This document shows positions 59,605 through 64,000 of a stretch of 64,000 bases of DNA, piece after piece (within the stretch, counting starts at the first letter, position 1; each line of letters begins with the position of its first letter). The notes under the pieces are model-generated. The model saw only the letters and a program-made list of their open reading frames with translations, made no database searches and had not been told where the DNA came from. The position numbers were made by a program, and so were the translations under genes. The DNA comes from a phage: NCBI GenBank assembly GCA_032986305.1, contig GCA_032986305.1_3672.1; one strand, given 5' to 3'.

Positions 59605-59650
59605 TTTAAAGGTTCCTTTTGTGTGTATATGTTTAAAGTATAACTGAAAG

Positions 59651-59727
59651 TGGTCTCCACGGAGTGATTCGAACACTCGACCTCCTGATCCCAAATCAGG
59701 CGCTCTACCAAGCTGAGCTACGCGGAG
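59651..59727 (-). tRNA. tRNA-Pro (anticodon TGG)
   Basis: Manual fold: acceptor CTCCGCG/CGTGGAG, D-arm TAGCTCAGCTTGGTAGAGC, anticodon loop TTTGGGA, T-arm GAGTGTTCGAATCACTC, encoded CCA. Confidence 0.75.
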
Positions 59728-59738
59728 TATTTACTATT

Positions 59739-59813
59739 TGGTGGCCCTGGGTGGAATTGAACCACCGTCTGGCGATTATGAGTCGCTTGCTTGAACCTTC
59801 CAGCTACAGGGCC
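59739..59813 (-). tRNA. tRNA-Met (anticodon CAT; Ile-lysidine type not excluded)
   Basis: Manual fold: acceptor GGCCCTG/CAGGGCC, anticodon loop CTCATAA, T-loop GGTTCAATTCC, encoded CCA. Confidence 0.7.
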
Positions 59814-59814
59814 T

Positions 59815-59890
59815 TGGTGCTGATGGCAGGACTTGAACCTGCAACCTATTGATTACAAATCAATTGCACTACCAATTGTGCTACATCAGC
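59815..59890 (-). tRNA. tRNA-Thr (anticodon TGT)
   Basis: Manual fold: acceptor GCTGATG/CATCAGC, D-arm GCACAATTGGTAGTGC, anticodon arm ATTGA-TTTGTAA-TCAAT, T-arm GCAGGTTCAAGTCCTGC, CCA. Confidence 0.8.
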
Positions 59891-59895
59891 AAAAA

Positions 59896-59994
59896 GGTGC
59901 TAGGCGGTGGAATCGAACCACCTATGTATTCAACGACTACCTCGTCTATTTTCAGGATTAAAAATCCTCGCCCTTGCCAAAGGGCTTACCTAGC
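59896..59994 (-). tRNA. atypical tRNA-like gene (about 99 nt; canonical reading of the loop would give anticodon TTT)
   Basis: Good acceptor (GCTAGGT/GCCTAGC), D-arm (GCCC-TTTGGCAA-GGGC) and T-arm (GGTGG-TTCGATT-CCACC), but about 30 nt separate the anticodon stem from the T-arm; CCA not encoded. Confidence 0.45.
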
Positions 59995-60092
59995 TCAGTA
60001 TGTTGACCATGTTGCTAGTCGGCGATGACGACTGTAACATTTGATAATCCGGTTCTGCTTCCGGCTTTCGCTTAATTACAAGGTCAACAATG

Positions 60093-60183
60093 TGGCGGAG
60101 AGTAATGGAATCGAACCATCATCGAGTCATCCTCAATGGGACGGTTTTCAAGACCGCTTGAGCACCATTGCTCCCTACCCTCC
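60093..60183 (-). tRNA. tRNA-Ser (anticodon TGA), long variable arm
   Basis: Manual fold: acceptor GGAGGGT/ACTCTCC, anticodon arm GCGGT-CTTGAAA-ACCGT, long variable arm, T-loop TTCGATT, CCA. Confidence 0.65.
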
Positions 60184-60297
60184 TTTATAAATTATACTGA
60201 TAATGACACTGATTTTCGAGCAGTTAGTGACTAGTATAAACGACGATAAATATCAATGCCATTATCTGTATTATTTACGCATCTAAAAATATAAATT

Positions 60298-60384
60298 TGG
60301 TGGGGAGTGGTGGAGTCGAACCACCCGAGTCGCAATGACAATAGATTTACAGTCTACACCGCTACCTCTACGGGATAACTCCCC
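60298..60384 (-). tRNA. tRNA-Tyr (anticodon GTA), long variable arm
   Basis: Manual fold: acceptor GGGGAGT/ACTCCCC, anticodon arm GTAGA-CTGTAAA-TCTAT, variable arm, T-arm GGTGGTTCGACTCCACC, CCA. Confidence 0.7.
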
Positions 60385-60388
60385 AATT

Positions 60389-60463
60389 TGGCACCCCGTA
60401 CTGGACTCGAACCAGTGTCAACGGCTTAGAAGGCCGCTGCTTTATCCACTAAGCTAACAGGGC
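60389..60463 (-). tRNA. tRNA-Arg (anticodon TCT)
   Basis: Manual fold: acceptor GCCCTGT/ACGGGGT, D-arm GCTT-AGTGGATA-AAGC, anticodon arm GCGGC-CTTCTAA-GCCGT, T-arm ACTGGTTCGAGTCCAGT, CCA. Confidence 0.75.
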
Positions 60464-60559
60464 ACTGGGTGGCTTTCTTTTACACCTTAGCCGCCAGAAA
60501 AGGTGGGAGACCATGTTTACAATATTACACTGTTAAGCAAAGTTTGTCAAGAAAATATT

Positions 60560-60898
60560 TTAGCTATTGCTAACAGGCTGTATTTCTGTAGTAAATGGCA
60601 TAAAAGGTGCTGGTTTTTCAGCCTCTTCCACTACCATCTCTTCCTCTTCACCAAACATCTCATCATATTCTTCCTGCATTCGGTCTGCCTTATCAAGAAC
60701 ATACTCTGCAATGCTTTGACGAATATTTTGTTTGGTTTTCGGGTCCAACATCAGCTCTCTTAAAACTTTGTGAGCTTCTGGAACCATCGCTATAAAAGAT
60801 TCCTTCATATCAAGGATGTTCTTCTCTAGCTGAATGGCGTTGGACTCCTCTTTCAGAGGTCTGCCTCTACGGCGACGCTTTTTAGTTGTATCCGCCAT
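60560..60898 (-). CDS. hypothetical basic/acidic protein (112 aa)
   Basis: ORF track 60560..61018 trimmed to Met (MADTTKKRRRRGRP) preceded by GGAGG and the promoter at 60927-60955. Confidence 0.45.
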   Translation of the reverse strand: MADTTKKRRRRGRPLKEESNAIQLEKNILDMKESFIAMVPEAHKVLRELMLDPKTKQNIRQSIAEYVLDKADRMQEEYDEMFGEEEEMVVEEAEKPAPFMPFTTEIQPVSNS

Positions 60899-60926
60899 GT
60901 TTCCTCCATTATCACGTGATAGGTGG

Positions 60927-60955
60927 ATTTTATCATAGCAAATACTGATTGTCAA
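60927..60955 (-). promoter_or_regulatory. sigma70-like promoter
   Basis: Minus strand TTGACA (60950-60955), 17-nt spacer, TAAAAT (60927-60932). Confidence 0.55.
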
Positions 60956-60960
60956 GTTCG

Positions 60961-61200
60961 CCGCAGGGTGGTATTCCCTGCGACTTGTCCAGCGTCCTGG
61001 ACCAGCAAGACCCAACAAGTGGGTTACCAGAGGCCTATTACCCGCGCTTCGGCTCGACCTTGTTACAGGTTGGCTGGGGTCACATCGTCATGTGCTGGCT
61101 GCCCCTACCATTTTAAGTGTGGTGCACTATCAAGCCCTCTAAGGGGAACTCAGCCTTCTCCGAACCCTGTTTCAAAGCATCCAGAGATAAAGCCATCAAA
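60961..61200. other. GC-rich structured island A (candidate structured RNA or foreign insert)
   Basis: About 240 bp of high GC in an AT-rich context with consecutive hairpins (cgcaggg-tggtatt-ccctgcg; gtccag-cgtc-ctggac; gcgc-ttcg-gc); no convincing coding potential. Confidence 0.3.
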
Positions 61201-61244
61201 TTCATCTTTAAATTGGATATTCATCATGATACACGAAAACAACC

Positions 61245-61487
61245 TCATTGTAAAGCACAAATAAATAAAACATACTTAATTTGTTTGTTATCAGGCTCAG
61301 GGTAGAAGTAGAAGATCTTGCTATCACCGATCTGAACACCACCATCCCAACAACATAGCCCATAACCTGTATTCATACAAGCTAAGTCGTTGGCAAAATC
61401 TATTGCATCATCCAGTGCACGAAATTCACCTTCATCTTCTAAATAATCCTCATTCATGGAACGAAAAACGAGCTTAACCTTAAACAT
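61245..61487 (-). CDS. hypothetical protein (80 aa)
   Basis: ORF in minus-strand array. Confidence 0.4.
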   Translation of the reverse strand: MFKVKLVFRSMNEDYLEDEGEFRALDDAIDFANDLACMNTGYGLCCWDGGVQIGDSKIFYFYPEPDNKQIKYVLFICALQ

Positions 61488-61563
61488 AGCATTACCTGTA
61501 GACCTCGTAAGTTAAAATTGCATCACATCATATTGCAGATCTTATCAGGTAACACTATTTTTG

Positions 61564-61773
61564 TCAACAGATTCCGGCCTTATCCTTCCTGTCTGCGTAT
61601 TCTTTAATCGCAACCTCATCTGCATTAGTGACCAGGTCTTCAAAGTAACTCTCAAGCTCCTCGTCAATGTCAGGAGACCAGCCCTTTTTCCTGTCAGTGT
61701 GAATCGCAGACTTGTTAAACTTAGTACAGTTCTTTGCTACCGGATTGTTCATTAAGCACCCCTCAGCGTTCAT
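61564..61773 (-). CDS. hypothetical protein (69 aa)
   Basis: ORF overlapping upstream gene stop. Confidence 0.35.
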   Translation of the reverse strand: MNAEGCLMNNPVAKNCTKFNKSAIHTDRKKGWSPDIDEELESYFEDLVTNADEVAIKEYADRKDKAGIC

Positions 61774-62341
61774 AGTAAATCTTATTTAACATTACCTCAT
61801 CCTTTGCAGAAAGGATATCTAGATATGCATCACCGAATCTACCTGCAACAACCTCTGCATGATACATCACTTCGTTAATATCGTCAAGAGGGATAACTGG
61901 ATGACCGTATCTCTCTGAGTATTGTCTCAGAGTGCGATGTAGGGAGTCATCATCATAGGCAGACTTTTTAATATCGCAAACACGACGAATAGCCTTGATG
62001 TCGAAAAACCCTGTACGATACCAACCAAGAAAAAGGTTTCGTGCAGTGTCAACATCTACATCAATACCATTAAGAACCTTATCTACAAGATAGCTGTCAT
62101 CCTTTGGACCAGCTTCCTTAGTGCGAATGTAGTTGCCATCTTTTCCAGGTGACATCTCCTTCTCATCACCAACCTGCATGCCATCATTTGGCGGTGTTAG
62201 CCACTTATCCGGATGCTTACGATCACGAGCGTTAGAATGATTACGCTGGAAACCAGGCTTCCACTTGAAAGTTTTCTCCATCTGTTCTTCATTCTGATAA
62301 CGTTTTGCAATCTTTTCACGGTCATCTTTGCGTGAACCCAT
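61763..62341 (-). CDS. hypothetical protein (192 aa)
   Basis: ORF with AGGAGG RBS. Confidence 0.45.
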   Translation of the reverse strand: MGSRKDDREKIAKRYQNEEQMEKTFKWKPGFQRNHSNARDRKHPDKWLTPPNDGMQVGDEKEMSPGKDGNYIRTKEAGPKDDSYLVDKVLNGIDVDVDTARNLFLGWYRTGFFDIKAIRRVCDIKKSAYDDDSLHRTLRQYSERYGHPVIPLDDINEVMYHAEVVAGRFGDAYLDILSAKDEVMLNKIYYER

Positions 62342-62460
62342 AGCTGCCTCCTCTTCAAGTTATAGAAAAACTCACTGTATCACTTTGTAACGAGCTTTTC
62401 TATCAAACTGGTGCGATTGCATTACCTGGTATAGTTTATATAGCTGTGGAGCGATTTAGG

Positions 62461-62700
62461 GGCCTTCTTGTCAGTTTCCACACATAAACTTCATCCAAGC
62501 TCGCGCGGGAGGCTCTCAACCGACTCCTTACGGCGCTGGCAAGCTTTCGTCGGTGGTCCACATCAGTGCTCGGCCTTTGGCCTGCGCTATCGCTTCGCTC
62601 CCACACATGTTAACAGACCTGCATGTATGCACTTCTGTTATTGTGTGCACCAAGGAGGCCCGGCATCTCGCCCCTCGTAGGCGAGTGCCAATGAAGGGCC
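62461..62700. other. GC-rich structured island B (candidate structured RNA or foreign insert)
   Basis: About 240 bp of high GC directly upstream (minus sense) of the 61763..62341 gene; multiple potential stems; only an implausible 70-aa plus ORF. Confidence 0.3.
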
Positions 62701-62844
62701 GACACTACCTATAGTAAGTAATAATTTTAAAACATGGTACTTAGGATCTAGTATATTCTACATAAGTTAAGTATATGTACTTAGTACCATAAGTACTAGA
62801 TCTTTTATTTTTTATTATTTAGTTATTTTAGTTATATTCTTTAT
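62701..62844. other. AT-rich tract with short inverted repeats (candidate DNA-unwinding or regulatory region)
   Basis: Very AT-rich 140 bp containing gtacttag / tactag-type inverted repeats, adjacent to the palindrome array. Confidence 0.35.
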
Positions 62845-62928
62845 GTGTCCGTATCACGGACAGTTAGTGTCCGTATTACGGACAGATGTGTCCGCGTGAC
62901 GGACAGTAGTGTCCGTATCACGGACAGT
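62845..62928. repeat. array of four 18-bp palindromic sites (TGTCCG-N6-CGGACA) at 21-22 bp spacing
   Basis: tgtccgtatcacggacag (x2), tgtccgtattacggacag, tgtccgcgtgacggacag; perfect half-site symmetry; spacing of about two helical turns. Confidence 0.8.
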
Positions 62929-63001
62929 TACTGACCTCTGTTCCAGAGCGAACATAAAACATACGAATCCTTATAGTACAGATATTTAAGTTTTTACTGG
63001 T

Positions 63002-63352
63002 CTAACCAGTTGTTGACATTCGAATAACCTCTTCTGGTGGCAAAACTTTGGAAAATGTACATCTTTTACCTCTCCCTTGTGTGGATATTTCAACCACTCC
63101 TGCACATTCTAAAGTTTTAACACACGCTGCTGCTTTTGTTTTCTTTATCCCAACATCTGCTGCAATTTTCCTTGTGCTGGGTGTGAAGCGTGAATTTCCT
63201 CCAAGCTTATACCAGTTGTGCAGGTAGCAGTATACGATCTTGTCATATAAGTCAAGAACAACAACCTCCCCAGTTGTGTCATTCAAAACTTTTGACATAG
63301 ACAGTATTTCAAGGGGGACTTTAAGATATAGCAGCTTATCCCCATCTTTCAT
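63002..63352 (-). CDS. putative winged-helix DNA-binding protein (116 aa)
   Basis: Segment TRKIAADVGIKKTKAAACVKTLECAGVVEI has HTH-like character; gene lies directly beside the palindrome array. Confidence 0.4.
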   Translation of the reverse strand: MKDGDKLLYLKVPLEILSMSKVLNDTTGEVVVLDLYDKIVYCYLHNWYKLGGNSRFTPSTRKIAADVGIKKTKAAACVKTLECAGVVEISTQGRGKRCTFSKVLPPEEVIRMSTTG

Positions 63353-63399
63353 ATCTCCTGATTCTCCTTGTGTGGCAATTTTCTTTAAAATAGCAGGGA

Positions 63400-63954
63400 T
63401 TACTCCCCGCTGTCAATAGCAAGACTCATTGCAATACGGTATGCCTCTTCTAATGGTAAGAGTCTCCCCCACACATCCCAACCGACATCAAACTGCCTGC
63501 CAAACAACTGCTGTGTGGTTCCGTGAGCATGACCGAACAGTTGGACTGATCCGTGAGGCTTTCTGTTCCACTTTGCAAACTGGTAATGGCTCATACAGAT
63601 CAAATTCTTGTTGTGGCGAAGCTCGTAATAATCTACAACCTCATGACCGAACTCTTTCATAATTCTGACAGTCGTCCTTGTGTCATGGTTACCACGAACA
63701 AGAATAATATGTCCGTTCAACATATTTAGAACATCTGGGAGCAATTTGTTGATATTCTTATCATTAGTGCACGCAATATCTCCCAAGTGAAACACAGTGT
63801 CTGCAGGTGACACAACAGAGTTCCACTTGGTGATGATTCCCGCATTCATACTGTCAAGATTGTGATCATACTGAGATCTGTGTTTTTGACATGAATCGAA
63901 CTCCATGACCCGCTGGTGGAGAAAGTGTGTGTCGCTTGTTACAAAGTATTTCAT
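63400..63954 (-). CDS. calcineurin-like metallophosphoesterase (Ser/Thr phosphatase-like)
   Basis: Motifs SDTHF (DxH), GDIACTND (GDxxD), VRGNHD (GNHD/E), GHAHG. Confidence 0.7.
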   Translation of the reverse strand: MKYFVTSDTHFLHQRVMEFDSCQKHRSQYDHNLDSMNAGIITKWNSVVSPADTVFHLGDIACTNDKNINKLLPDVLNMLNGHIILVRGNHDTRTTVRIMKEFGHEVVDYYELRHNKNLICMSHYQFAKWNRKPHGSVQLFGHAHGTTQQLFGRQFDVGWDVWGRLLPLEEAYRIAMSLAIDSGE

Positions 63955-64000
63955 ACATTCCTCATTTAAGTTTAATGCAGTTTTTAAGCTGGCGTTCCAT

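Noticed and set aside
59605-59694. N-terminal 30 codons of ORF 59335..59694
   Set aside because: They overlap tRNA-Pro (59651..59727); the ORF was trimmed to the internal Met at 59604.
59995-60092. Additional tRNA between the atypical tRNA-like gene and tRNA-Ser
   Set aside because: Terminal inverted repeats could mimic an acceptor stem but there is no T-loop (GTTCRANYC) or D-arm; not a tRNA.
60961-61200. GC-rich island A as a tRNA, tmRNA, RNase P RNA or second group I intron
   Set aside because: No T-loop/acceptor pairing, no tmRNA tag frame or tRNA-like ends, no RNase P P4 motif and no P/Q/R/S elements; left as an unclassified structured element.
62845-62928. Possible CRISPR array (tandem repeats of about 18 bp)
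   Set aside because: Repeats are individually palindromic, separated by only 3-4 bp with no unique spacers, and there are only four copies; this fits protein-binding sites, not CRISPR.

Overview
This window reads as a dense double-stranded DNA phage region, annotated from sequence and motif recognition only (no database search was run). From 10.5 kb to 59 kb nearly everything is on the minus strand and forms a virion module: an intron-split terminase large subunit, portal, XkdF-like protein, scaffold, a lambda gpE-like major capsid protein, neck proteins, putative tail sheath and tube, tape measure, baseplate proteins (gpV-like spike, gp25-like wedge), and an unusually large set of eight or more tail fiber or tailspike genes including a lambda gpJ-like tip protein. 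Seven minus-strand tRNA genes sit at 59.65-60.46 kb, one of them structurally atypical. The left end holds a divergent early-like region with a MoxR-type AAA+ ATPase (truncated at the window edge) and a metallopeptidase/vWA protein. The most notable findings are a group I intron carrying an HNH homing endonuclease inside the terminase gene, the AAA+/vWA pair, a four-copy palindromic repeat array beside an AT-rich tract, two GC-rich structured islands, and the mosaic adsorption apparatus. Gene boundaries come from the ORF track plus start-site inspection; functional calls for most small ORFs are not possible.
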